Counted from the first letter of the stretch, positions 7,912 through 18,624 are shown. The stretch: 64,000 nt of DNA from Rhodospirillales bacterium (GCA_022823235.1 JAJDXO010000045.1:13702-77701), one strand, 5' to 3'. The notes: generated by a model not told the origin, from the letters alone. Numbers and translations are program-made.

Positions 7912-8943
7912 CTAGGCGGCTTCTTCCAGGTAGGTCCGCGTCAGTTCCTCGGCGATCTGGACGGCGTTCAGCGCAGCACCCTTGCGGAGATTGTCGGACA
8001 CGCACCAGAACGAGAGCCCGTTCTCGACCGTCGGGTCTTCGCGGAGACGGCTGACATAGACCGGGTCTTCGCCGGCGGATTCCTTGGGCGTCACATAGCC
8101 CTCATCGGCACGATGGTCGACCACCGCGATGCCCGGCGCATCCGCCAGGGCGGCCCGCGCCTCCTCGGCCGTAACGGCGTGTTCGAACTCGACCGTAACG
8201 GCTTCCGAATGACCGATGAATACCGGGACGCGGACACAGGTCGCGGTGACCTTGATCTCGGGATCCAGAATCTTCTTGGTCTCGACCGTCATCTTCCATT
8301 CCTCCTTGGTGTAGCCGTCTTCCATGAAGACGTCGATGTGAGGAATGACGTTGAAGGCAATGGGCTTGGTGAACGTCTCCATGTTGTCGTGTTCCGGCTC
8401 GTTCACGAAGACGCCGCGGGTCTGATTGAACAGTTCGTCCATGCCTTCCTTGCCGGCGCCGGACGTCGCCTGGTAGGTCGAAACGACAACCCGCCTGATA
8501 TTGCCGATGTCGTGCAACGGTTTCAGCGCCACCACCATCTGGATGGTCGAGCAGTTGGGGTTGGCGATGATGTTCTTCCGGGTATAGCCGGCGATGGCCT
8601 CCGGATTGACCTCCGGCACCACGAGCGGAACGTCCGGGTCCATCCGGAAGTAGGACGTATTGTCGATGACGACCGCGCCGGCCGCCGCGGCGCGGGGCGC
8701 GAAGTCCGCCGAGATTTTCGCGCCGGCGCTGGACAGCACGATGTCGGTTCCCTGGAAGTCGAACCCGTCGAGGCCGGCGACGCTCAACACGTCGTCCTCG
8801 CCAAACGACGCCTCGACGCCGACGGAGCGTTGGGACGCGAGCGCGGTCACGTCGTCCGCACTCACCCCGCGCTCGGCAAGGATTTGCAGCATTTCGTGCC
8901 CGACGGCGCCCGTGGCGCCGACGACCGCGTACTTGATCGGCAT
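7912..8943 (-). CDS. asd: Aspartate-semialdehyde dehydrogenase
   Basis: Starts MPIKYAVVGATGAVGHEMLQIL (NAD(P)-binding). The active-site Cys sits in NPNCSTIQMVVALKPL. 343 aa. The track ORF start at 9027 is an upstream extension. Confidence 0.9.
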   Translation of the reverse strand: MPIKYAVVGATGAVGHEMLQILAERGVSADDVTALASQRSVGVEASFGEDDVLSVAGLDGFDFQGTDIVLSSAGAKISADFAPRAAAAGAVVIDNTSYFRMDPDVPLVVPEVNPEAIAGYTRKNIIANPNCSTIQMVVALKPLHDIGNIRRVVVSTYQATSGAGKEGMDELFNQTRGVFVNEPEHDNMETFTKPIAFNVIPHIDVFMEDGYTKEEWKMTVETKKILDPEIKVTATCVRVPVFIGHSEAVTVEFEHAVTAEEARAALADAPGIAVVDHRADEGYVTPKESAGEDPVYVSRLREDPTVENGLSFWCVSDNLRKGAALNAVQIAEELTRTYLEEAA

Positions 8944-8997
8944 GGTCCGTCTCCGGTCCGGAAAGCTTGATTCGGGGCGTTGATTTACGCCGGTTGA

Positions 8998-9023
8998 CCG
9001 GGTTTTGCAACGTGCAAACCCGG
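8998..9023 (-). terminator. Strong hairpin between the leuB stop and the asd start (11-bp stem, one bulge), with no U-tract
   Basis: ccgggttttgcaacgtgcaaacccgg read directly. It lacks a T-run on the minus strand, so a terminator or attenuator role is speculative. Confidence 0.2.
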
Positions 9024-9080
9024 GCATCTACATGAGACTTGCTTATCGGCCGGAAAGGGCCCGGCGATGGCGTCGCGGGT

Positions 9081-10187
9081 TCAGGCGGCGGCCGACAACT
9101 CGGCCAGCACAGCCGCGCCCATTTCCTCTGTGGAAACCCGGGTCTTGTCCTCTTCCATGATGTCGCCGGTGCGGAGGCCCTTGGCCAGTACCGCCTCGAC
9201 CGCCGCCTCCACCGCATCGGCTTCGTCGGCGAGATCGAACGAATAGCGAAGCATCATGGAGAACGACAAAATCATCGCCAGCGGATTGGCGATACCCTGC
9301 CCCGCAATATCCGGCGCCGAGCCATGCACCGGCTCATAGAGGGCCGGGCGGTTGCCGCTCTCGTCCGGTTCTCCGAGTGACGCCGATGGCAGCATGCCCA
9401 GCGACCCCGTCAGCATGGCGGCGCAATCGGAAAGGATATCGCCGAACATGTTGGTGGTGACGACGACATCGAACTGCTTGGGGTTGCGGACCAACTGCAT
9501 GGCGGCATTGTCCACATACATGTGGCTGAGTTCGATATCGGGGTGACGTTCGCCCACCTTGATCATTTCCTCCCGCCACATCACCGTCGCCTGCAACACG
9601 TTGGCCTTGTCGATGGAGCAAACCCGCTTGTCGCGTTTGGCCGCCAGATCGAAGGCGACCTCGCCGATCCGCCGGACCTCGTCCGAGGTATAGGTGAGCG
9701 TGTTGTAGCCGCGCCGTTTGCCGTCGCCCAGATCCTCGATGCCGCGGGGTTCGCCGAAATAGATGCCGCTCGACAGTTCGCGAAGGATCATGATGTCGAG
9801 GCCGGCCACGACGTCGTATTTGAGGGTCGAGGCATCGGCCAGGGCATCGAACACCAGGGCCGGGCGCAGATTGGCAAACAGGCCCATCTCCTTCCGGATA
9901 CCCAGCAGGCCCCGTTCGGGCTGGTCCTCGAAGGGAAGCGTTTCCCACTTCGGGCCGCCGACCGCGCCCAACAGGACGGCGTCCGCCGCATGGGCCGCGT
10001 CGATGGTCTCCCGGGGCAGCGGCGAGCCGGTTTCGTCGTAGGCGGTTCCGCCGATCAGGCCGTCCGTGATGTCGAAGCTGAGAGCGCGATTGCCCCCCAT
10101 CCAATCGATGACCTTTTTCACCTCGGCGGCGACTTCGGCGCCGATGCCGTCGCCCGGCAGAAAAAGAACGGATTTGTTGGCAGCCAT
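9081..10187 (-). CDS. leuB: 3-isopropylmalate dehydrogenase
   Basis: 368 aa starting [19 protein letters not shown]. Carries the isocitrate/isopropylmalate dehydrogenase motif NMFGDILSD. Adjacent to leuD and leuC. Confidence 0.9.
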   Translation of the reverse strand: MAANKSVLFLPGDGIGAEVAAEVKKVIDWMGGNRALSFDITDGLIGGTAYDETGSPLPRETIDAAHAADAVLLGAVGGPKWETLPFEDQPERGLLGIRKEMGLFANLRPALVFDALADASTLKYDVVAGLDIMILRELSSGIYFGEPRGIEDLGDGKRRGYNTLTYTSDEVRRIGEVAFDLAAKRDKRVCSIDKANVLQATVMWREEMIKVGERHPDIELSHMYVDNAAMQLVRNPKQFDVVVTTNMFGDILSDCAAMLTGSLGMLPSASLGEPDESGNRPALYEPVHGSAPDIAGQGIANPLAMILSFSMMLRYSFDLADEADAVEAAVEAVLAKGLRTGDIMEEDKTRVSTEEMGAAVLAELSAAA

Positions 10188-10229
10188 GATGGTGTCCCGT
10201 AACAGATCGGATAATGAGATGGAGAATGC

Positions 10230-10835
10230 TTACAGCCAGGGCTGGGCGGCCCTGTGGCTTTCCTCGAAGGAGGCGATCTTGTCCTCCTTCTCCATGGTCA
10301 GCCCGATGTCGTCGAGGCCGTTCAGGAGACAGTGCTTCCTGAAGGCATCGATCTCGAACTTGATTACTCCGCCGTCGGGACCGGTGATCTCCTGGGCTTC
10401 CAGGTCAACCGTCACGGTGGCATTGGCGCCCCGCCCCGCATCGTCCATCAGCATGTCCAGCTCTTCCGGGCCGACCTTGATCAGCAGCATGCCGTTCTTG
10501 AAGCTGTTGTTGTAGAAGATGTCGGCGAAGTCCGTGGAGACGACGCATTTGATGCCGTAATCCATCAGCGCCCAGGGCGCGTGTTCGCGCGACGAGCCGC
10601 AGCCGAAATTGTTGCCGGCGACGAGCACCTCGGCGTCCTTGTAGGCCGGCTGGTTGAGGACGAATTCCTCGTTGTCGGAACCGTCCTCGTTGAATCGCAT
10701 ATTGGCGAACAGACCCTCGCCAAGCCCGGTCCGCTTGATGGTCTTCAGGTAGCGGGCCGGGATGATCATGTCCGTGTCCACATTGGCGATCGGCAGCGGC
10801 GCGGCGACAGAGGTGAGTTTCTCGAACTTCTCCAT
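10230..10835 (-). CDS. leuD: 3-isopropylmalate dehydratase small subunit
   Basis: Start at [31 protein letters not shown]. Contains [17 protein letters not shown]. 201 aa. The upstream 65 codons of the track ORF are rejected as Arg/Gly/Pro-rich. Confidence 0.9.
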   Translation of the reverse strand: MEKFEKLTSVAAPLPIANVDTDMIIPARYLKTIKRTGLGEGLFANMRFNEDGSDNEEFVLNQPAYKDAEVLVAGNNFGCGSSREHAPWALMDYGIKCVVSTDFADIFYNNSFKNGMLLIKVGPEELDMLMDDAGRGANATVTVDLEAQEITGPDGGVIKFEIDAFRKHCLLNGLDDIGLTMEKEDKIASFEESHRAAQPWL

Positions 10836-10846
10836 GACCCGTCTCC

Positions 10847-12268
10847 CTAATCCAGATCGCGAATGTCGGTGAGGCGGCCGGCGATCGCCGCCGCCGCCGC
10901 CATGGCAGGGCTGACCAGATGGGTGCGCCCGCCGGGACCCTGACGGCCCTCGAAGTTGCGGTTGGACGTCGATGCGCAACGCTCCCCCGGGGTAAGCTTG
11001 TCGGCGTTCATCGCAAGGCACATGGAGCACCCGGGCTCACGCCAGTCGAAGCCGGCCTCGATGAATATCCGGTCCAGGCCCTCCTCTTCCGCCTGGGCTT
11101 TCACCAGGCCGGAACCGGGCACGACCATGGCATCCACGTGACCGGCGACCTTGCGGCCCTTATCTATCGCTTTTTGGGCGACCTCGGCGGCGGCCCGAAG
11201 ATCCTCGATCCGGCTGTTGGTACAGGAGCCGATGAACATGCGGTCTATCCTGACGTCGCGCATGGCCGTTCCCGGCTCGAGACCCATGTATTCGAGGGAG
11301 CGCTCCATCTTGTTGCGGCGCGATTCGTCGGACTCGTCGGACGGATTGGGCACGGCACCGGTAATCGGCACCACATCCTCGGGGCTGGTGCCCCAGGTGA
11401 CCTGCGGCACGATGTCTTCGGCCTTCAGGGTCACCTCGATGTCGTACTTGGCGCCCTCGTCGGACTTCAAGGTCTTCCAATATTCGGCCGCGGTCTCCCA
11501 TGCGCCGCCCTTGGGCGCCATGGGCCGGCCCTTGAGGTACTCGAACGTGGTCTCGTCGGGGGCGATCAGGCCCGCCCGGGCGCCGCCCTCGATGGTCATG
11601 TTGCAAACCGTCATCCGGCCTTCCATGGACAGCGACCGGATCGCCTCGCCGGCAAATTCAATGACGCAGCCGGTACCGCCGGCGGTCCCGATTTCGCCGA
11701 TAATCGCGAGGATCATGTCCTTCGCCGTCACCCCCAGGGGCAATTCGCCGTCGACGGTGACCCGCATGTTCTTCGATTTGCGCTGGATCATCGTCTGGGT
11801 GGCGAGCACGTGCTCGACCTCGGACGTACCGACCCCGAAAGAGAGCGAGCCGAACGCACCGTGGGTCGCCGTATGGCTGTCGCCACAAATCAGCGTGGTG
11901 CCGGGAAGCGTGAAGCCCTGCTCCGGGCCGATCACGTGGCAGATGCCCTGGCGAATGTCGTCCATGCCGAAAATTTGCAGCCCGAAATCCCTGCAGTTCT
12001 TGTCGAGCGTCTCGACCTGAATGCGGGACTCTTCGTCCTCGATGCCCGCGGCCCGGTCCGAGGTGGGTACATTGTGATCCGGCACCGCGAGGGTCAGATC
12101 GGGCCGGCGCACCTTGCGGCCGGCCGTGCGCAGACCTTCAAAGGCCTGCGGACTGGTTACCTCGTGAACGATGTGCCTATCGATGAAGATCAGACAGGTG
12201 CCGTCATCGCTTTCGTCGATGAGGTGGGCGTCCCAGATCTTGTCGAACAGGGTCTTGGGTGCACTCAT
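10847..12268 (-). CDS. leuC: 3-isopropylmalate dehydratase large subunit
   Basis: 473 aa with aconitase-family motifs ([33 protein letters not shown]). Confidence 0.92.
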   Translation of the reverse strand: MSAPKTLFDKIWDAHLIDESDDGTCLIFIDRHIVHEVTSPQAFEGLRTAGRKVRRPDLTLAVPDHNVPTSDRAAGIEDEESRIQVETLDKNCRDFGLQIFGMDDIRQGICHVIGPEQGFTLPGTTLICGDSHTATHGAFGSLSFGVGTSEVEHVLATQTMIQRKSKNMRVTVDGELPLGVTAKDMILAIIGEIGTAGGTGCVIEFAGEAIRSLSMEGRMTVCNMTIEGGARAGLIAPDETTFEYLKGRPMAPKGGAWETAAEYWKTLKSDEGAKYDIEVTLKAEDIVPQVTWGTSPEDVVPITGAVPNPSDESDESRRNKMERSLEYMGLEPGTAMRDVRIDRMFIGSCTNSRIEDLRAAAEVAQKAIDKGRKVAGHVDAMVVPGSGLVKAQAEEEGLDRIFIEAGFDWREPGCSMCLAMNADKLTPGERCASTSNRNFEGRQGPGGRTHLVSPAMAAAAAIAGRLTDIRDLD

Positions 12269-12306
12269 GGCGCTGACTCCCCGGATGGGCGCTTATTGGC
12301 CCGCGG

Positions 12307-12930
12307 TTATTTCTGTTCCTCGCCGCCGGCGTCTGCCTCGTCCGCCGGAACCTCATCGGCGGGCGCTTCCTCGGCTGCCGCCTCTTCAGCCGGGGCCTCG
12401 GCCGCTTCCTCGGCGACGGCTTCCTCGACCGCCTCTTCGGGCGCATCGGGATCGATGGGCGCACCCGCCGCGATCAGCTCCTCGTCGGTCGCCTGGGCGG
12501 CGGACGCGATGGCTTGGCGTTTCTCCTCGGCGGCCGCTTCACGATCGGCGGCGGACAACTTTGCCGCATAGCCGTCGGTCCGCTCGGCGATCCGCGCCGA
12601 CTTGCCGGAACGATCGCGCAGGTAGTAGAGCTTGGCGCGACGAACGTCGCCGCGGCGAATCACCTGAATGCCGGCGACATTGGGCGAATAGAGCGGAAAG
12701 ACCCGTTCCACGCCCTCACCATAGGAAATTTTTCGAATGGTAAAGGACGAATTCAGCCCGTCATTCTTGCGTGCGATGCACATGCCCTCGAAGGCCTGAA
12801 TCCTTTCGCGGCTGCCCTCAACCACCTTCACCTCGACCCGGACCGTGTCGCCGCGGGCGAATTCAGGGGTTTCCCGGTCCGCGGTCAGTTTGGCCATTTG
12901 CTCCTGTTCGAGCTCCTGAATGATGTTCAT
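12307..12930 (-). CDS. rplS: 50S ribosomal protein L19 with an ~89-aa acidic Ala/Glu/Pro-rich C-terminal extension
   Basis: Start at [12 protein letters not shown]. The L19 core ([21 protein letters not shown]) ends near residue 118. The tail is encoded by 12307-12576. Confidence 0.88.
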   Translation of the reverse strand: MNIIQELEQEQMAKLTADRETPEFARGDTVRVEVKVVEGSRERIQAFEGMCIARKNDGLNSSFTIRKISYGEGVERVFPLYSPNVAGIQVIRRGDVRRAKLYYLRDRSGKSARIAERTDGYAAKLSAADREAAAEEKRQAIASAAQATDEELIAAGAPIDPDAPEEAVEEAVAEEAAEAPAEEAAAEEAPADEVPADEADAGGEEQK

Positions 12931-12941
12931 CGTTCCAACCC

Positions 12942-13664
12942 TCATCTTGGCCCGGTCCGTTTCCGGGCCGCATGGTAGGCCGCCCACAGGTCCGGCCGTC
13001 TTTCCTTCGTAACCATCTCCGCCTCGGCACGCCGCCAGGCTTCGATTTTTTCGTGGTGCCCGGACAACAGCACGTCCGGCACCTCTCGATCATGCCACTC
13101 CCGTGGCCGCGTATAGTGGGGGTACTCCAGCAAACCCCCTTCAAAACTCTCTTCTTCCGGCGAAGCGTCGCTCCCCATGACGCCCGGCAACAGCCGCACA
13201 CAGGCATCAATCAGTGTCAGCGCCGCAGGTTCGCCGCCCGAAAGCACGAAATCGCCGATGCTCAGCTCTTCCGGCTCCCACTCATCGATCACCCGTTGAT
13301 CGATGCCTTCGTAGCGTCCGCACAACAAGACCACTCCCGGACCCTCGGCCAGCGCGCGAACGCGGGTTTGGGTAATGGGTCGGCCGCGCGGTGTCAAATA
13401 GATCAGTGCACGGTCATCCGCCGAATCGTCCCGCGCTTCCCGAAGGGCCGCGTCGACGACATCCGCCCGCATGACCATCCCCGGTCCGCCGCCAAACGGG
13501 GTGTCATCGACGGAGGCGTGTTTATCGCTCGTAAACCCCCGAATGTCCAACGTTTCCAACGACCATGTACCGTTGTCCATGGCCTTGCCGGACAACGATT
13601 GTCCAAGCGGCCCCGGGAACATTTCCGGGAACAGCGTCAACACGGTCGCGGACCACGCGCTCAT
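12942..13664 (-). CDS. trmD: tRNA (guanine37-N1)-methyltransferase
   Basis: 240 aa starting ...[14 protein letters not shown]. Carries the SPOUT/TrmD motifs YEGIDQRV and [11 protein letters not shown]. Canonical rimM-trmD-rplS context. Confidence 0.9.
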   Translation of the reverse strand: MSAWSATVLTLFPEMFPGPLGQSLSGKAMDNGTWSLETLDIRGFTSDKHASVDDTPFGGGPGMVMRADVVDAALREARDDSADDRALIYLTPRGRPITQTRVRALAEGPGVVLLCGRYEGIDQRVIDEWEPEELSIGDFVLSGGEPAALTLIDACVRLLPGVMGSDASPEEESFEGGLLEYPHYTRPREWHDREVPDVLLSGHHEKIEAWRRAEAEMVTKERRPDLWAAYHAARKRTGPR

Positions 13665-13669
13665 CGGTC

Positions 13670-14254
13670 CTATCCGTTCTCCTCATTCTCGTCCGCGAGG
13701 CCGTCATCCTGTTCGGCCCCGTCGATACTCAGTCCTTCCGGCGGATCGACGACCACATATCCCCGATCCAAATCGATCTCCGGCACGGCCTCCCGGCTGA
13801 ACGGGACGACCAGCGGTTTCCCGCTCTCCAGCAATATTTCCATCACCTCACCGGCGCCGAAATCATCCAGGCTCCGCACCGTTCCCATCGTACGCCCATC
13901 CAAAGACCGCACCGGGAGGCCGACCAGGTCGGCATGATAGAACTCGTCATCCGCCGGGGCCGGCAATTGGTCACGGGCGAGGTACAGTTCGGTTCCCTTC
14001 AAATCCTCGGCGGCGGTCCGGTCGTTCACTCCCTCGATCCGGGCGATCAGCGCCCCCTTGGAAGAACCACGGAGCCGAATGCGGAACACACGTTCGCCCG
14101 CCTTGTCCGTCAGGTCGCCGTATGCCGCGATATCCGAGGGATCATCCGTGAAACTCCTGATCCGAACCTCGCCGCCGAGGCCCCGAGCCCCGGTGATTGC
14201 GCCAACCAGTATCCGCTTGGCATCGCTCATCGGCGTACGGCCTGACGGCCCCAC
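13670..14254 (-). CDS. rimM: 16S rRNA processing protein RimM
   Basis: [22 protein letters not shown] plus a PRC-barrel-like C-terminus, located between rpsP and trmD. The start is ambiguous: GTG at 14254 or ATG at 14230 (MSDAK). Confidence 0.85.
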   Translation of the reverse strand: MGPSGRTPMSDAKRILVGAITGARGLGGEVRIRSFTDDPSDIAAYGDLTDKAGERVFRIRLRGSSKGALIARIEGVNDRTAAEDLKGTELYLARDQLPAPADDEFYHADLVGLPVRSLDGRTMGTVRSLDDFGAGEVMEILLESGKPLVVPFSREAVPEIDLDRGYVVVDPPEGLSIDGAEQDDGLADENEENG

Positions 14255-14266
14255 TGCATTCCGGAA

Positions 14267-14875
14267 TTACTCCTCCTTCTTCTCTTCTTCGTCGCTAGGC
14301 TCTTCCGCCGGCGCCTCTTCTTGAGGGGCCTCCTCCCCGGCGGGGGCTTCCTCGTTAGGCGCTTCTTCCTCGGCGGCCTCTTCCTCAGCGGCCTCTTCCA
14401 CAGGAACCTCTTCCTCGCTAGGCGCCTCTTCCGCGGGGGCCTCTTCCGAAGGGGCCTCTTCCCCGGCGGCAGAGTCCTCCGCCGGCGCTTCGTCGGCAGG
14501 CGCTTCGGCCTCCGCGGCCGCGGCCTGGGCCGCCTCCTTGGCGGCTTCTTCGGCGGCGGCCATCCGTTCCAGCGTCTTGGCGCGCGGAAGATGCTGCTTG
14601 GTCTGCTCGGGCCGCTCGGGGGCCTTGCGGATACCCGCGGCATCCAGGAACCGGGCGACACGATCCGTCGGCAGCGCGCCGTTTTCCAGCCAATGCTTGA
14701 TCCGGTCTTCCTTCATGACCAACCGCTCGGGGCTGTCCTTGGCCACCATCGGGTTGTAGGTGCCGAGCCTCTCGATAAACCGGCCATCCCGGGGCGACCG
14801 GGAATCCGCGACAACGATGCGGTAATACGGACGTTTCTTCGCTCCGCCCCGCGATAGTCTGATCTTCAGTGCCAT
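14267..14875 (-). CDS. rpsP: 30S ribosomal protein S16 with an ~117-aa C-terminal extension, the last ~98 residues strongly acidic with EEAP-type repeats
   Basis: Start at [35 protein letters not shown] (S16 core). ATG at 14873-14875. The tail is encoded by 14267-14620. Confidence 0.88.
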   Translation of the reverse strand: MALKIRLSRGGAKKRPYYRIVVADSRSPRDGRFIERLGTYNPMVAKDSPERLVMKEDRIKHWLENGALPTDRVARFLDAAGIRKAPERPEQTKQHLPRAKTLERMAAAEEAAKEAAQAAAAEAEAPADEAPAEDSAAGEEAPSEEAPAEEAPSEEEVPVEEAAEEEAAEEEAPNEEAPAGEEAPQEEAPAEEPSDEEEKKEE

Positions 14876-14951
14876 ATGTCTTTCGACCTCCGTGGTAGGG
14901 CCGCATTGCGGCCGCATTCAAATAATTCGTTCCGGTTCGGTGTGTGTGTAC

Positions 14952-16328
14952 TCACTTGAAACCGGGCGGCGGCATCATCCCGGGCGGCAACGCGCCCGGC
15001 GGGAGCCCGCCGGCCAGGCCCTTCCTTCCCATTTTTCCCATCTTCTTCATCATTCCGGCCATTTGCTGATACTGCTTCAGCAGGCGGTTGACCTCCTGAA
15101 CCGACGTACCGGAGCCGGCGGCGATGCGCTTTCGCCGCTTGGCGTTCAGCAGCTTGGGATTGCTGCGCTCCTTGGGCGTCATCGACTGAATGATGGCGTG
15201 CTGATGGGCGATCGTCTTGTCGTCGACGCTCGCCGCATCCATCTGCTTCTTCATTTTGCCGACCCCCGGCAGCATCCCCATGATGCCCTGGAGATCGCCC
15301 ATTTTTCGCACCTGGGCCAGTTGATCACCCAAATCCTCGAGGGTGAACTGGCCTTTCAACGCCCGCTTGGCGACCTTCTCCGCCTTCTCGGTATCGACGG
15401 TCTCCTGGGCCTTCTCGACCAGCCCAACCACGTCACCCATGCCGAGAATGCGGCCGGCAATGCGGTCCGCCTGGAACGTCTCGAGATCGTCGAGTTTCTC
15501 CCCGACGCCCATCAGTTTGATCGGACACCCTGTGACCGACCGCATGGAGAGCGCCGCGCCGCCCCGGCTGTCACCGTCCACCCGTGTCAGGACGATGCCC
15601 GTCAGTCCGACCCGCTCGTTGAAGGTTCTGGCGGTATTCACCGCGTCCTGACCGGAAAGCGCGTCGGCGACCAACAGGGTTTCCACCGGCACCACCTGAT
15701 CGCGGATGGTTGCGGCCTCGGCCATGAGTTCGTCATCGATCGCCAAACGACCGGCGGTATCGAGAATGACCACATCGAAACCCTCGCGGCGGCCCACATC
15801 CATGGCCCGCTTGGCGATCCCGACCGGCTGCTCGCCGAGGACCGGCTGCACCACCTGGGTCCCCACCTGCTCACCCAAGGTCGCCAACTGTTGCGCCGCG
15901 GCGGGACGCGCGACGTCGAGGGCCGCCAGCAGCACTTTTTTGCGCTCCCTCTCGATGAGCCTGGAAGCGATTTTGGCGCAGGTCGTGGTCTTGCCCGAAC
16001 CCTGAAGACCAACCATCAGCAACGCCGCCGGGGGTTGGGCCGCCAAGTCGAGGCCGGCTTCCTCGGGTCCCAGCGTTTCAACCAATTGGTCGTGGACGAT
16101 CTTGACCACCATTTGGCCCGGGGTGACGCTCTTGAGCACCTCCGCACCGACCGCGGCCTCGGTGACCTTCTCGATGACCTCCTTAACGACGGGCAACGCG
16201 ACATCCGCTTCCAACAAGGCCACCCGTACCTCGCGCATGGCTTCATCGACATCGGATTCGTTCAACGCGCCCCGGCGCTTCAAACGCTCGAAGATGTCGT
16301 CAAATCGGCTGGTTAAACCATCAAACAT
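14952..16328 (-). CDS. ffh: Signal recognition particle protein Ffh
   Basis: 458 aa with SRP GTPase motifs (GLQGSGKTTT, DTAGR) and a Met-rich M domain at the C-terminus. Confidence 0.92.
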   Translation of the reverse strand: MFDGLTSRFDDIFERLKRRGALNESDVDEAMREVRVALLEADVALPVVKEVIEKVTEAAVGAEVLKSVTPGQMVVKIVHDQLVETLGPEEAGLDLAAQPPAALLMVGLQGSGKTTTCAKIASRLIERERKKVLLAALDVARPAAAQQLATLGEQVGTQVVQPVLGEQPVGIAKRAMDVGRREGFDVVILDTAGRLAIDDELMAEAATIRDQVVPVETLLVADALSGQDAVNTARTFNERVGLTGIVLTRVDGDSRGGAALSMRSVTGCPIKLMGVGEKLDDLETFQADRIAGRILGMGDVVGLVEKAQETVDTEKAEKVAKRALKGQFTLEDLGDQLAQVRKMGDLQGIMGMLPGVGKMKKQMDAASVDDKTIAHQHAIIQSMTPKERSNPKLLNAKRRKRIAAGSGTSVQEVNRLLKQYQQMAGMMKKMGKMGRKGLAGGLPPGALPPGMMPPPGFK

Positions 16329-16552
16329 GCGCCCAAATCCGCCAAAATACCGTCTTCACAACCAAAAAACGCCAGTGCGCGAAACTCGCGGACTGGCGGC
16401 GCCCCTCGGGACGTCAATTAGGGGGCGGAACCTACGGTCTGTCCCTTGGCTTGTCAAGGCATACCGCGCGGACAGTTCAGATGGTATTGTCCAGCTAGGA
16501 CCCTATGCATTTCTCTTGGACTTCTCGGGGATTCCGCCATATATCCCCGCCT

Positions 16553-17383
16553 ATGAGTTCGATCGACTTCATAAAGATGCACGGACTCGGCAACGATTTC
16601 GTGGTGATTGACGGGCGCTCCCGGCCGGTTGCGCTGTCCGACGCGCGCGCGCGCGCCATCGCGGACCGCCGCACGGGCGTCGGTTGCGATCAACTCATCA
16701 TTCTCGAGCCGGCGACGGATACGGGTGCCGCGCTGTTCATGCGAATCCACAATGCGGACGGGGGAGAGGTCGACGCCTGCGGCAACGCCACCCGCTGCAT
16801 CGGCGACATGGTGCTGACGGAGACCGGTCAGGACCGGGCACAAATCCAAACCGGCGCCGGATTGCTGGCGGTCTGGCGATCGGACGGCGGCATCAGCGTG
16901 GACATGGGGGAAGCCAAGGACCGATGGATGGACATCCCGCTTGCCGAAGAAGCGGACACGCTGCATTTGGAGATTGGTGAAGGACCGCTGCAAAATCCCG
17001 TCGCGGTATCGGTCGGCAACCCGCACGCGGTGTTTTTTGTGGAAGATGCCGAGGAAATAGACCTCGCGGCGGTCGGGCCCGTCCTCGAGCACCACCCGCT
17101 CTACCCCGAGCGCGCCAATGTAGAGGCCGTCTCGGTTCTGTCGCGATCGCATCTGCGGGTGCGGGTGTGGGAGCGCGGGGTGGGCATCACCCGGGCCTGC
17201 GGCACCGGCGCCTGCGCGGCGGCGGTCGCGGCGGTGCGCCGGGACCTGGCGGACCGGGAACTGACCATCAGCCTCGACGGCGGCGACCTGACGACAAGCT
17301 GGCTTGAAAACGGCCACATCATCATGACGGGCGCGGTCGCCGAGAGTTTCAGGGGCACCCTCCCTGAGGACATGCTGCAATGA
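16553..17383 (+). CDS. dapF: Diaminopimelate epimerase
   Basis: Start at MSSIDFIKMHGLGNDFVVIDGR, the DapF signature. Both catalytic Cys contexts are present (CGNATRC, ACGTGACA). ATG at 16553. Confidence 0.9.
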   Translation: MSSIDFIKMHGLGNDFVVIDGRSRPVALSDARARAIADRRTGVGCDQLIILEPATDTGAALFMRIHNADGGEVDACGNATRCIGDMVLTETGQDRAQIQTGAGLLAVWRSDGGISVDMGEAKDRWMDIPLAEEADTLHLEIGEGPLQNPVAVSVGNPHAVFFVEDAEEIDLAAVGPVLEHHPLYPERANVEAVSVLSRSHLRVRVWERGVGITRACGTGACAAAVAAVRRDLADRELTISLDGGDLTTSWLENGHIIMTGAVAESFRGTLPEDMLQ

Positions 17384-18624
17384 GCGCTCGGGTTATCACC
17401 CTCGGCTGCCGGCTAAACAGCTTCGAATCCGAGGTGATCAGGAACCGAACCGGCGAGGCGGGCCTCGACGATGCCGTGGTGATCAACACCTGTGCGGTGA
17501 CAGGCGAAGCCGAGCGGCAGGCCCGTCAAACGATCCGCCGGGCGCGGCGTGAACATCCGGAGGCCCGGATAATCGTCACGGGATGCTCTGCCCAGGTGGA
17601 CGCGGACCGTTACGCGAACATGCCCGAGGTGGACCAGGTCCTCGGCAACGAAGAAAAACTTCGGATGGAGAGCTATCTGCCGGAGTCGAGCCGGGCGCCC
17701 ATCGTGGTGTCGGACATCATGAAGATCACCGAGACCGCCGGGCATCTGGTCGAGGGCTTCGAGAGCCGCACGCGGGCCTTCGTTCAAATTCAGCAGGGAT
17801 GCGACCACCGCTGCACCTTTTGCATTATTCCGTTCGGCCGCGGCAACAACCGGAGTGTGCCGGTCGGGACAATCGTCGATCAGATTGAAGGTCTGACTTC
17901 GGCCGGCTACCGAGAAGTGGTGCTTACGGGCGTCGACATCAGCTCCTACGGAACCGATCTGCCGGGACAACCGACCTTGGGCGAATTGGCGCGCCGCATC
18001 CTTGCCCTGATACCCGATCTGCCGAGATTGCGGCTCAGTTCGCTTGATCCGGCAGTCAGGGACCCGGCGCTGATGCTCGCACTCTCGACGGAATCCCGGC
18101 TCATGCCTCATATCCATCTGAGTGCTCAAGCGGGCAATGACTTGGTCCTCAAGCGGATGAGACGCCGGCATAGCCGCGAAGGATTTCTGCGGTTGTGCGG
18201 TAATCTCAGGGCGTCCCGCCCCGATGTCGTGCTGGGTGCCGACTTCATCACCGGATTCCCGACGGAAACCCCGAAGATGTTCGCTGAAACGCTCTCGCTC
18301 GTCGACGAAGCGGCGCTTACCTATCTGCATGTATTCCCGTATTCCGAACGGCCCGGCACGCCGGCGGCGCGGATGCCCTCGGTACCAAAGCCCGTCCGGC
18401 ATGAACGGGCCCGGCGGCTGCGCGAGGCCGGCAATGCGCAGAGGTCCGCGTACCTCGCTTCCCAAATCGGAGAACGTGCGCGGATACTCGTCGAGAGCGA
18501 CGGACGCGGCTACACGGAGCACTATGCACCGGCCCAAATTGCCGGCGACACCCCTCAGGGCGTCATTGTCGACGCCGACATCGACCACGTCGCCGGAGGT
18601 CACTTGATTGCCCGGGCCGCATGA
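17380..18624 (+). CDS. mtaB: Radical-SAM methylthiotransferase, MtaB-like (MiaB family)
   Basis: 414 aa with an N-terminal UPF0004 domain (ITLGCRLNSFES) and the radical-SAM motif CDHRCTFCIIP. ATGA overlap with dapF. dapF-mtaB-ftsY is a common alphaproteobacterial order. Confidence 0.8.
   Translation: MSARVITLGCRLNSFESEVIRNRTGEAGLDDAVVINTCAVTGEAERQARQTIRRARREHPEARIIVTGCSAQVDADRYANMPEVDQVLGNEEKLRMESYLPESSRAPIVVSDIMKITETAGHLVEGFESRTRAFVQIQQGCDHRCTFCIIPFGRGNNRSVPVGTIVDQIEGLTSAGYREVVLTGVDISSYGTDLPGQPTLGELARRILALIPDLPRLRLSSLDPAVRDPALMLALSTESRLMPHIHLSAQAGNDLVLKRMRRRHSREGFLRLCGNLRASRPDVVLGADFITGFPTETPKMFAETLSLVDEAALTYLHVFPYSERPGTPAARMPSVPKPVRHERARRLREAGNAQRSAYLASQIGERARILVESDGRGYTEHYAPAQIAGDTPQGVIVDADIDHVAGGHLIARAA

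Noticed and set aside
10919-12571. 550-aa plus-strand ORF antisense to leuC. Similar long antisense ORFs occur at 22389-25253 (954 aa, opposite acnA), 14892-16316 (opposite ffh), 49415-50698 (opposite the acyl-CoA synthetase), 55318-56523 (opposite tctA), 60897-62099 (opposite the kinase), 7894-8970 (opposite asd) and 8102-9217 (a minus-strand alternative frame overlapping asd).
   Set aside because: These are classic shadow ORFs of GC-rich DNA. Their products are Arg/Gly/Pro/His-rich with no recognisable motifs. The overlapping partner frame in each case encodes a protein with unambiguous family signatures.
12307-14620. The periodic GC-rich repeats at 12307-12576 and 14267-14620 as non-coding tandem repeats or a CRISPR-like array.
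   Set aside because: They are in frame with, and continuous with, the rplS and rpsP ORFs. They have no spacer/repeat architecture and encode Glu/Ala/Pro low-complexity tails. They are reported as protein features instead.
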